A stretch of 64,000 nucleotides of DNA from Epiperipatus broadwayi (taxonomy: Eukaryota > Animalia > Onychophora): assembly GCA_028023455.1 (NCBI GenBank), contig JAQFVV010000006.1, positions 7,626,001-7,690,000 of the forward strand, written 5' to 3'. Each line of letters begins with the position of its first letter. Position 1 is the stretch's first letter. Under the pieces are notes generated by a model. It was not told where the DNA came from. It saw nothing but the letters and a program-made list of their open reading frames with translations, and did no database searches. The translations under genes were made by a program, and so were the position numbers. Positions 25,701-36,816 of this stretch are shown piece by piece.

Positions 25701-27883
25701 GGATTGGATATATATTGGTATAATTAGTAGATGTAGTACAAGATTTGCTAAGGGTAGAATCGCTTTATACGCTGCACACCCCTGTTGACCTATGGAATGG
25801 GATGGTAAGATGGGAACTGCAGTCCCTTCCTATGGAGTTTTTTTTATTGCTCTTCTCAGCAGATAGATGTAGTATTCCTATCTGGATGAAAGTCAATTTC
25901 TTCTCTTAACCTATTTTGTGCTGCTGTATTCATGTTACATTGAATACATCAATGTATCAGATGGATTGACGCCAGTTTGACTGCGAACTTTTGGCCTAAT
26001 GTTAAATAATGGATAGAATATTTTCTTTTCAAATGCAAATCTATGTAGTTTATTCATACTCGACAATCTTAAAATAAATATAAAATTCATCTGTGTGGAT
26101 GATTTAAAATCTTAAAATAATAATTTAAATTAGAAGTTAATATTAAAATCTAAATAATAAATGTTATTCCTCAAATTTAAAATGATTATATATGTGCGTA
26201 AATAAATGTTTGTGTGTTAATTACTGGCAGTGGCTTATTTTATTCTTTTTTTAATATTAAAAATATTCTTAGAACTTATAAAATATATCATTATGAAAAC
26301 TTATAGAAATGTTTTAAATCTCTGCTACTCTGCTGAGCTAGTGACAATGGGCTAATGGTCTGAATCAACCAATATAAAATAAAAAAATTTTTTTTTATTT
26401 TTTTTTAACTTACGTATCTGCCTACTATATAAATTTTCTAGGTTCAAATGCCTAGTGGCTCCCTGTAGTGCAGATATGTTAAGACTTTTCTTTGGACCAT
26501 TATAATAGCTAGAAACTAGTCTGGGACTGGGGATAATTTCTAGATAGAGATTTTAAATGCTTTCTCTTGCAGCATTTATCGATAAAGCTTTTTAGAGCTA
26601 TGAACGTGCTCTTTATTTTAGCTTTGCAATGTTTTGACCCAATATACATGCTCAAAGCATCAATTTTATTAACTTATACTTTGCTTATAAAGGTAGTGAC
26701 ATTATATTAACTGTTGTCTCAAATATATACTGTGATCTATTTGTATATTCTTTTTAATAATAGATGTCTAAAAAATTTACTGCAAGTATTAAAACTGATA
26801 TAAGTACAGTGAAGGCGTGATTACATTATATTTTCATTTCATGTCTCCCTCACATTGTTTATTGCATATAACATTTTTTTGTTAACAAGCTTTGACTACA
26901 ATACAGTAAGTATTGTTTATTATACTGTAAGTGGACACAGTCCAATAATTTTCCACTATACATATATATTTTTATGTGTATAGTATCAATTTATAAATTA
27001 AGATTATAATATAAACAAAATTTTAGAAAATTAATAATGTAGCTACTAAAATAAATTGAGAAAGTAAATTTACATATATTTGTAGAACTGTGTGTGTGCT
27101 CAATTGAGTAAATTCATTTAAAAAAAAAATAAAACTTTCTGACACAATACAAGACTATCAATGTTCTTACAATTCATATCATTTAGCCATAGATTTAAGG
27201 CTTTTCCATTTTAACCAAGAAATTATTCCTTAATTTAGTTACAACATTAGCTGTTTTAGGTCACAAGCAATAATTACAATGACCTGCTTACCTTTATAGT
27301 TTCTCTGATTAAAAAATCATTCTTTTGCAACATAAACCACTCCAGAATATAACTTCCTATTTTTCTTTATGTTATTTTACAGCTTTTTTAAAATGTATTT
27401 ATTGCTTTTTGTTCTACACAATATTTTACCACAGTTATACAATATAAAACTTTTTTTTTTTTAAAAAAAAAGGGGGGGTCTGTACATTTGCTTACAATTA
27501 TACCACTGAATAATATTTAAATTGTAAAGGAAAGATTAAAAAAAACCACTTCCACTATCCAAGATAAAACATGATTAAATAAAATCAGGTTTGAGATTTG
27601 AGAATAAGATGTTTAGTGAAAAAAAAAAAAATGGCTGCCACTTTGCCAAGATTCTTTGAATTTAATAAATTTCAATGGTTTTTTTTTTTTGTTTATCTTT
27701 TTTTTTTTTTGGATAACATATAAATGAAGTCATATATATTGATACAACATAGTTTGTGGCTTTGCTGCAGTTTCAATACACAAAGATGAATTTCTATAAA
27801 ACTCTCACTAAAATGACATATTACATGAGCATCATTTCATATGGTTCGGTTACACATGCTGTTAATAAGAGTACTAAACTCTA

Positions 27884-28031
27884 CATACAGTAGTGCCTCT
27901 AAGTGCAAGCCTTCATAATCAATGGATGCAGGAAGGATGTTGGATGAGTATCAATTAGATTAGGATTTTATGCATAAATTTTTCTGCATCCATTGGTTAT
28001 GAAGGCTTCCACTTAGTGGCACTACTGTATG
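27884..28031. repeat. Family Y palindrome with internal deletion (~52-bp arms)
   Basis: catacagtagtgcc.ctaagtg.aagccttcataa.caatggatgcag and its reverse complement at ~27980-28031. Confidence 0.9.
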
Positions 28032-28428
28032 GAGAATCTGGTACTCTTATTAAAATGATATATTATAAACAATTACTATATCTTGTCTATTATTACAGGA
28101 ATAATATTAATAAACACTGTACCTTTTATTTATTTTTTGATGATATTTTTGAAATCCCTGTTAAACCTAACTTTCTAAGAATTGAATATGCCCCCTGTAT
28201 TGATTATTTTAGATGCAGTCGTTAGATTTTTTTTTTTAAATGCAGCCCTCATATTATTTAAAGTTGAATAGATTTATTCTAGATAATAAAAAATAAATCC
28301 TTTTACCAAATCATTACTGTATGACAACCAGGATTAGACATGCTGTGTGATTTACAAAAAAAAAAAAAAATTCCAAGTTTACCTTAACCTGTAATAATTA
28401 TAAATTTATTTAACACACATTGATTATG

Positions 28429-28573
28429 TAAGTAATATTTACTAAGGCCATAAACCTCAAGCAATGTGCGCTTGAAAATGCATAAGCTTGTGGTTAAGAC
28501 CTGTAGAGGTCCCCACCATCGCATTTTCAAGCGCACATTGCTTGAGGTTTATTGCCTCAGTAAATATTACTTA
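28429..28573. repeat. Family V hairpin: 53-bp arms (2 mismatches) with a 39-nt loop
   Basis: 28429-28481 is the reverse complement of 28521-28573. The loop contains GACCTgtagAGGTC, as in the 2866 family. Confidence 0.9.
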
Positions 28574-28826
28574 ACCTGTAATAAAACTTCAGGTTATAAA
28601 CAAGACAGACCGATATATTAACCATAATGTTATGAGACATTTAAATTAATTCAATTATAATTAAACAATTTTAAGTGCAATATAATTGGACGGTGAAGAT
28701 TGGGTACGTTATATACAATATTTCATAAAACCAAAACAAAAAGTACTGTAAATACAAAATAAACAAACAACAAACAATAATTCAAATTGTGAGAGTGATT
28801 TTAAAAAAATAGATAAAATAACTTAC

Positions 28827-28968
28827 GTGTAAAATAGAACTAGCTAAAGATACAACACTACTGTTGTTTTTACTTGGACTGCTACTTTCAATTTCTTTTG
28901 AGGTGGATATTTTTTCTTGTAAAGTTGTTTCAATCCGAATATCACTAGCGCAAATAGCCAAAACTTTG
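28827..28968 (-). CDS. BLTP2: Internal coding exon, BLTP2/KIAA0100/hobbit-like (KVLAICASDIRIETTLQEKISTSKEIESSSPSKNNSSVVSLASSILH)
   Basis: 142 nt, acceptor tttttctttttccag, donor gtaagtt; only one frame is open (phase 2 to 0). LAICASDIRIETTLQ resembles the recalled human KIAA0100 VALCFGEVRIRTDLQ. Confidence 0.72.
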
Positions 28969-29354
28969 CTGGAAAAAGAAAAAATCATTAAAACATTTTG
29001 AAATGGGAAGAGCTATTCTATAATAGATTAGTAAAAAGTAAGTAATTGAAAAGTTAGTCATGTGGGAAGTCATATTACATACGAATACCATAAATGACAG
29101 CAAGACTGTCATCCATAAATTTTAACAATCTGCCACTCAAAAAACCTATAATAAAAAAGCCTTAAAATACTGCAGATTTCAAGGTGTCATTAATATTTAA
29201 TATACATTTATAGTTAATATTTATTGTTTAATGTCATCAAAATTGGAAAAGAATAAATATCTTTATACTGTTCTTCCATAAAATAATAATCAGAAATAAT
29301 AAATTCTTTACAACAGTTATATAAATATCAAATTTTTTTTTATACGTAAAAGCC

Positions 29355-29471
29355 TTTTTTTTTTTTTTTCCATGTGTCATAGCATCGGCCGGGACGCGAA
29401 CCCACAACCGTCTGCAACCAACTACTTGCTTGCCTGGCAGCTGCGATACCTCTCGGCTAACAACGCAAGAC
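29355..29471 (-). mobile_element. Short tRNA-derived SINE (S1), well preserved
   Basis: Minus strand has A-box-like TAGCCGAGAGG and B-box GGGTTCGCGTCCC, then GATGCTATGACACATGG and poly-A. CpGs retained. Confidence 0.8.
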
Positions 29472-30949
29472 CTTTTTCAACACCTGATTTGGTGTAAAAA
29501 TGTCAGCCTTTAAATAGCAGACTGCAGTATGTTCTCTGTAGTTAACCATGTGTCTTGCCAATTGCTGGATTGTGAGGTTTCAAGTGTTTCCCTATCCATG
29601 TTTTATACTCTATCTAAAAAAAAAAAAATAGATACTCATTTACCAATTATTAATGGTTGATTAATCAGATTGAACAATTGAAAAAAAAAGTCTTGGCTTG
29701 TTGGGGAAAAGGCTTATTCATTCTAGAATCAAACCCTGATCATAGAAAGCGGCATGGATATATTGCAATTATGCTATAAAGTTATTCTCTGTAAATACAT
29801 AAATAGTATCACATATATAATGTTTCAAAGGGCTTGTGACATAAAACTTAGAGAATTTAGTTCCAATAACTACAAGTTGATGTTTGAACCCAGGCTGGGT
29901 AATATTTGAAAAGTTTTTCTCAAAATTTCAGGCAGGTTTAAGATTTTTCCTTAAAATAGCTGGCCCACATCCATGCTTAATGGTGATCAAATTATTAGTT
30001 AGTGAATAGAGATGTAGCTATAGAAATCTTAGATCCTCATCATCGGTAGAAACGGACAACATATGAGGTGGACAGGTGAGAAAAGAATGTTTGCTGAAGA
30101 GATATGTGATAAAAAAACTATGGATTCAGAGGTGCAAACTCAGAGAGGCACCCATCTAATGGTGAACTGACAGTGGTTGAAAATGATGACGACACTATCT
30201 GTATGTGTTAAAAACAGACCATCTAATTTATAAAAAAACATTGCATCTGTTTGTAAGATAGTCCCAGTATTTAGGCAGTAAGCACTAGAATTGAGAAATG
30301 GGATCATTACTAAAGATATTTGGCAATAGCTTGCCTCTTCTATTTTATCATCTAGTGCATCATACATTGTGATAATTACAGCTCTGATATTTAAAGCTTT
30401 GTTAATAAATAATATAGGAGTGAGCATTCTATCAAGATGTATATTTACTTAATTTTCCCAAATCCTTCAACTGACTACACCAGCAGTCCCTTTACATCCA
30501 TGTCATTTGATTTCAAACCTTAGTGCAAAAATATCTAAACTACCAAATAGTGTTAACACTCTACTCTTCCGCAGAGTAGCTATGCTTTAGTAATTAACAG
30601 ATGCTAAAAGAGTGCTTAATAAACCCTTAGTGTTAGTCTATCCAATATCAACAGAACTGTTATTAGCTTAGGTCAGTGCAGAACTTTGGATCTTGGAGCC
30701 GTGCACCTGAAGGGAAGGAAAACAGTATGCTGTGGAGTAATTTAATATACATTTTTAATGAGTGTGTGCACACTCACCCACATTAAATTTCTACTTACAA
30801 GTGTCCTGTAAAAAACAGTATTGCATACATCCATGTATAATTTAATTTAAAAACTTATACAAAAACAATAAAAAAAAGTAGAATACTACATACGATTTTA
30901 ACACACACAACACAGGCATTTTTAACATGCACATGCAATATGTTCATAC

Positions 30950-31140
30950 CTCTCCCTCCCTATCTCCCCATTCTCTTTTGTTCTCTCTCCCTTCCTCCAT
31001 CTCTCTCCATCTCTACCTCACCCTCTCTCTCTTCCGCCCTCTCAATCTCTCTCTATCACCCCTCTCTCTCTCCTTCTCTACCATCCCCTCTCTCCATCTC
31101 TATCCCTTTCTCTTTCTTCCTTCCTTTCTCTCTCCTCCTG
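30950..31140 (+). repeat. Degenerate (CT)n / polypyrimidine low-complexity tract
   Basis: Almost only C and T. Explains the low-complexity ORFs at 30927 and 30940. Confidence 0.9.
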
Positions 31141-31230
31141 AGATAAAGAGTAAAGATAAATATTTTCTTCTAAAATATGGTCTTATATTTTGGATTAAGA
31201 GTACTTCATTTACTTAATAAATCAGTAGCT

Positions 31231-31331
31231 GTCAAGCATTGTTGGCCGAGTGTTCAGCACAGCTGCTTTACAAGCAGTTGTCCCGGGTTAGTGGGTTCGC
31301 TTCCCAGCCGATGCTTTGACACATGGAAAAA
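31231..31331 (+). mobile_element. SINE S1 with target-site duplication
   Basis: Same body as the other S1 copies, flanked by aaatcagtag at 31219-31228 and 31332-31341. Confidence 0.85.
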
Positions 31332-31445
31332 AAATCAGTAGTTTGAGAATTAATCTCAAAGAGCATTATAGTGAAAATATTTCTAAAAACATGAAAATAT
31401 CTGTTCTATTTTATTTATGGAAAACTACAGTCAGATGATATAGAC

Positions 31446-31627
31446 TAGTGGCTCTCAACCTTCCTAATGCTGTGACCCTTTAATATAGTTATGTTGTGGT
31501 GACCCCCAACCTTAAAATTATTTTTGTTGTTACTTCATAATTGTGTTTTCCAATGGTCTTAAGTGACCCTTGTAAAAGGGTTGTTTGACTATTAAAGGGG
31601 TCGCGATCCACAGGTTGAGAATGGCTG
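31446..31627 (+). mobile_element. hAT/Charlie MITE closely resembling SPIN/URR1, internally deleted
   Basis: TIRs (t)agtggctctcaacc / ggttgagaatggctg and exact 8-bp TSD atatagac. Body cttcctaatgctgtgaccctttaat...atgttgtggtgacccccaacc.taaaattatttt...aaaggggtcgcga.ccacagg matches my recall of the URR1/SPIN MITE consensus. Confidence 0.85.
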
Positions 31628-32752
31628 ATATAGACTGATGAATAAAATAATAAATTGTAAACAATCCTTGTATCTATATATATGTAAATACATAAAAGCA
31701 GTCAATGCTTAAACAATACCAATATCAATAGCAATCAGCAATCTCAATCTGTTGTCAAGGCAACCTCCTTTTAACAATATATATACGAGTCCTGCTATTT
31801 TTTTTCTTAAAAGTAAAGGTTAATGAGTAGTTTCCAAAAATTATGGACACATTATTGATTTTCAAACAAGATTGACCTATCATTAATATTTTCCTTAAAA
31901 AAAAAAAAAAAAAAAAATATGAGAATCTTCATAGATAAGTATAAAAAATTTCAACTAATTTTTCTTTCATAGATTAGCCTAATTAGATAAAATGTCATCT
32001 TAAATTTAATATTCATAAATCTAGAAATACCAAATTCAATTCCTATGTTAATACTAGCACTATTCATGCCAATATCACCTGAAGGAGGAAAATAAATTAT
32101 ACCCCATTTTAACACCATGTTATATAATAACCTATTTGTTTTTAGACTATTTGAAAAGTTTAAATACATTCTATATTATGGAACACGCCAACATTTCAAA
32201 CTTTCAGACATTCAATAGACATATATTTTATTTTCAGAAATAGTACCAAATTATCCACTTCACTTTGAACACTTTTTAGCAAAAACCTTTTATTGTACAT
32301 ATATGCATATACAATCTTGCATTTCGACTGTCCTGCAGTCTTCTTCAGAATCCTTTTTACTTTAATTTGACTGCAGGACAATCAAAACATAATACTGTGT
32401 ATGCAAATATGTACAATAATAGGTTTTTGCTAAAAAAATTTCAAAGTAAAGAGAATAAATTACATTTATATTTTATTTTATAATAATAAAGATTAAAAAT
32501 ATCTAAGTACTATTTTTTAATGCATAACTTCTCTAATTTACGTGTAATTTTCAGTCTTATGTATTCTATGAAAACCTGCTTTTAAGTAATTTTTATCAAT
32601 GCAATCCCTATATTGGATTGGCTAACCTCATAAAGTGTATGGTTTTCATATGTGGTTCATAATGATTAATCTCTCGATATTTAAAATGTTAAATTAATAC
32701 ACACAGAAACATTGGAAATGCTCTTCACTTGATAAGATAAAGCTCTATAGAC

Positions 32753-33231
32753 CAGTGCTCTTCAACTCTTGGTCTATGGGCAGTAAAAAGTTTGTAATAG
32801 TAAATAATGAGAGTTTAAACTTTTAATTAATATAGCCAATTTTTATTTATTTTTTCATCTCATTTTTACCCAATTAAAAAAAAAACAAAACAGAACGAAA
32901 ACAAAATCTAATCAATCATTCATAAATTAATTTGTTCTTCTAGTTATCACAGATGTTTGGGTGGGGGTAGAATTAAATTTTTTATTACTTTTCTAAAAAA
33001 ATTAAAAAAAAAGTTTTTTATTATATAAATTCCATATATATATATATAAAACTTTATCTTATATATTTAACATTGTTGTTTTGATCAGTTATAACAATTA
33101 TGCTTATCTTTAAGAAAATCTATCTATAGACTTCTGCCGGTCTGCAAAATCTTATCCTTATTTTTGCTGGTCCGCAAAACCTTATCCTTATTTTTACTGG
33201 TCCGCAGGTATGAAAAGGTTGAAGACCCCTG
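32753..33231. mobile_element. Non-autonomous hAT (Charlie-like) element
   Basis: TIRs cagtgctcttcaac / gttgaagacccctg and exact 8-bp TSD ctatagac (32745-32752, 33232-33239). Contains a subterminal ~33-bp tandem duplication. Confidence 0.85.
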
Positions 33232-33959
33232 CTATAGACTAAATGGCCAAATATGGTTTTAATCATTGTCCACATGTTCATAAATTAAACAAACTTATAT
33301 GTGGTTGAATTGACTAAGACTATCACCTATGTGATATACATAATCAGATTAATGTAAATGGGCCACTACTATGATTTCTGGAATGGGAACTTATATGTCT
33401 TCAATTTCTGGTGATAACTAATGTCTTAATGTAATTGATATGAAATTAATTGTTTTTTGTTTATATATACAAGCACAACCTCTGATTTTGTTGACTGGTC
33501 TCTTTTGAAATTGATATGTAAATGTCCTTCTTTCTGTAAATGATTCTTATGTTTTGTGAATAAAATTTCCTTTTGAAAGATAACTTCTCTAATTTACAAC
33601 CAACATCCTTGTTATTCAGATAAATTCTTTTAAGAAGCATTCCAATTTCATCAGACAAATCTCATAAACATATGTTATGGTACAGTGTGGTTGCTTTCTT
33701 ATTTATCTAATAGATAGCACATAAATAAAGTTACCAATGTCATTAAAAATAGAATTTACTCAAAGACAAACAGTATTTTTTAAAACAACTACCCATTAAT
33801 CCTGTGGTTGCACCTTGTGAAATACTTCAAAGATGGGGGTAAACTTTGCACATATCCTAAAATACTTCAGATTTCCCAATTATTATGGTAATAATTAATA
33901 TAGTGGTAGAGTGATCGATCCTGGAGCATAACGTCTTTACATAATTCTAGTTATGACAT

Positions 33960-35530
33960 TTCTGGCACTCCAACCCATTATAAAATCTTGGGAATATCAA
34001 GGCTATTCAATTATTTATTGTTTACTACATGTTTGTGCTTCAAAATATATTTTGTAAAATGTTTTAAATTTTATTTTTTATTTCAATCAAAAGAAGGAGC
34101 CACTTGTATTTTTAAAATGTCACCTATTTTGTTTTTGCTGTATTTGAGTGAAATGAAAAAAGCAATAGAAAGATTAAGAAGAGGGATAAAAATATCGTTA
34201 ATAAGTGGCACGGGAGTATATACTTTGTTAGGTCTTTTTTTGTGGTTGATGTCTTTTTGTGTGCAGAAAGAAAAGAAGATATGGAAGTTACGCTGAGGAC
34301 ATGTGCAAAGGTGAGTAAAGAGATGGGAATTAAATATAGTGAGGAAAAATCAAATATAATGATGGTTAATACTGGGGAAAGAGAAGATGCAGACTTTTTA
34401 TTGGGTGATATAAAGTTAAGTGTGGTGGATAGATATAGTTATTTGGGAATCATCTTAAGTAATCAGAAAAATTGCTTGGTTAAATGGGAAAAAAAAAAGA
34501 TAAATGAAGCAAAAAAAAGAAAGGGATTGATAAAGAAATTAATAGTGTTTTCATATAATACATATGATGTAGCTAGAATTGTATGGAAGAGAGTTGCAAT
34601 AGCAGGGTTAACATATGGTAATGATGTGCTATGTGTTAGTAAAAGAGTATTAGATAATTTAGAAAAAGTATGAGGAAAGCATGCATTGGATGCAGATGTG
34701 TGGACAGCAAGGGGGGCAAATGAGATGGTTAAGTTTTTATATGAGAGATGCAAAAAATAAAATGAAAATGTTTGGTAGGTTGCAGTTTATGGATAATAAA
34801 AGAATAGGTAAAATAGTATTTAATTGGGTATGAGTAAAGGGCAGGCAACAAAATGGGTAAAAAAGGTAATGCTGTATACAAAAGATTTGGATAAAGAATT
34901 TATATCAGTATACTTGTACAAAATGTGGGATGATTGTGTTAGGAGGATTGGTGAGTGTTACAGTGGTAAAGAATGGGATAAAAGAAATGATGCATTAATA
35001 AAGAATAGGGGATTGGAGAGATGGAGAACTAGTATAGAGAGTAAAAAGAGTTTAAATATACATAGAAGTAAATGAAACATTAGGTACGAGTTAATTTATA
35101 ATAATAGCAAGGAAAGTAGCTTATTGTTTAAGGCTCGAATGAGATCTTTAGCAAAAAGAGAATATACATGTAAATGGAAAAATATGGATGACTTAGGCTG
35201 CAAATTGTGTAAGGATGGCATAGAAAATATTAGGCATTTGTTATTGATTGTAAATGTTTGAAAGCAGAAGGGTACAAATAATAAAGTTATGGTAGAATAA
35301 ATATGAACAAAGTGATTATACAGAAAGTGGGTTATTGGTTTTTATGCTGGGTTTGCAGAAAGATAATGTGATTTAGATATAAAGGCCATAGAGTTGACAA
35401 ATATTATGTTATGGAAATAGGATAGAGCAGATTATGGAAAAACTTAGGGTGGGGAATGGAAAGGGAAGATAAAGTGGCTAACAGGTTTCTCTGGGCACAG
35501 TTGTTGAGAGATTCCTGACTCCGTTTAAGG
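33960..35530 (+). mobile_element. 5'-truncated LINE family B (RT C-terminus, CxxC..H zinc-knuckle region, 3' UTR); clade uncertain, possibly RTEX-like
   Basis: ORFs 34242-34673 (YSYLGIIL...VWKRVAIAGLTYGNDVL) and 34824-35075, then YNNSKESSLLFKAR and CKLCKDGIENIRHLL. Confidence 0.85.
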
Positions 35531-35544
35531 AGAAGTCACAGTGT

Positions 35545-35925
35545 ATGACATCACATGCAAATGTTCAGATTTATGGAAAATAAAAGAATAGCCAAAATAG
35601 TATTTAATTGGGTTATAAGTAAAGGTCAGGCAACAAGATGGGTAAGAAAGATAGTATGGCATGTAGAAGACTTGGATAAAGACTTTATGTCACTATATTT
35701 ACACAAAAGTTGGGATGATTTTGTTAGGAGAATTGGTGAGTATTATAGTGGCAAGGAATAGGATAAAAGAATAGATGCATTAATAAAAAATAGGGAGTTG
35801 GAGAGATGGAGAACTAGTATAGAGAGTAAAAAGAGTTTAAATGTATATAGAAGTAAACAGAATATTGGATGCGAGTTAATTTGTGACAATAGCAAGGAAA
35901 GTAGTTAACTGTTTAAGGCTCAATT
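35545..35925 (+). mobile_element. Second partial copy of LINE family B directly after the first
   Basis: Repeats ~34770-35140 (RFMENKRIAKIVFNWVISKGQATRWV...). Confidence 0.85.
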
Positions 35926-36816
35926 AAAACAAAAATCTAAATTCACAGATTATTTTTTTAAAGACAATCTGACAAAAAAATTGTTACGCATTTTTCTGTT
36001 GATAGTTGGTTTAAATTCAGTAGTTTTATTTATTAATTTTAAATGATTGTAAAAAAAAAATCTTATCTAAACAATCTAATCATAAAAGACAAGGAAACTT
36101 TAATCAATCTCTTTAGTATACTTAATTTTTTTGAAAATAGTATTGTTAACTTTTGATTCTGGAATTTGCATAAGATAATTAAGATTATTTTTTCTTAGAC
36201 CAATTCCTTGAACTGATATTTTATAGCATGGATCACTGAAAAATCAAGGTCCTGGCACAATATGTTCCCACATGGATAGTTTATATATAAATAAATTTGA
36301 AATATGCAAATTACTTTGCTCATTATTAAATAATGTTATGCTAAGTACATTTTTATAAAAACTGATCACAAAAGATAAATTAAATATGTAGTAGATGTAA
36401 AATAATCACTTTAATTTTGCAAAAACCTTTCTATAATGATTGTAGTGTTAATAAATTCCTTGATTTTTTTTTTTAGATCCTAATTAAAAACATATGTTTT
36501 CATATCAAAATAATATTAATTTTCCTTAATTATGTCATTAGGCTGGAGTCAGGTCTAAAATTCTAATTCTAATTAAATTATTTAAATGACAATAATTATC
36601 AACATTAAAGAGAAAATAATTCAAGAAATTGTAGAATTTCTGATAATTTTTGATAAAAAGAAAATATGTTAATACAGTTGCATATAATTGTAGTTTGTTA
36701 ATACTATATAAACTTAAAAATAAATGTAAACATACTTTCTTTACTTACTTATAATTATTTTATTTGAAAAATCGTTAAATATTTCTTTATTAATAACTTT
36801 GAATATATTTATTTTT

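Noticed and set aside
27292-27356. Possible minus-strand exon SYILEWFMLQKNDFLIRETIK with a gtaagc donor
   Set aside because: The acceptor is purine-rich and its phase is incompatible with the upstream BLTP2-like exon.
30040-30500. Possible decayed hAT transposase (HT and CxxH-like words, minus strand)
   Set aside because: Similarity is too faint to support by eye, and no TIRs were found.
30799-30805. 7-nt minus-strand microexon-like segment (ttttttacag|GACACTT|gtaagtag)
   Set aside because: Such short matches are expected by chance in 64 kb of AT-rich DNA, and there is no independent support.
31951-32381. ORFs considered as upstream BLTP2 exons (EVDNLVLF; GDIGMNSASINIG...)
   Set aside because: No suitable donor sites or phase, and the similarity is only a few residues.
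33461-33658. Possible BLTP2 exon 2 or Penelope linker remnant
   Set aside because: No splice sites. The Penelope resemblance (SQNIRIIY) is too short to call.
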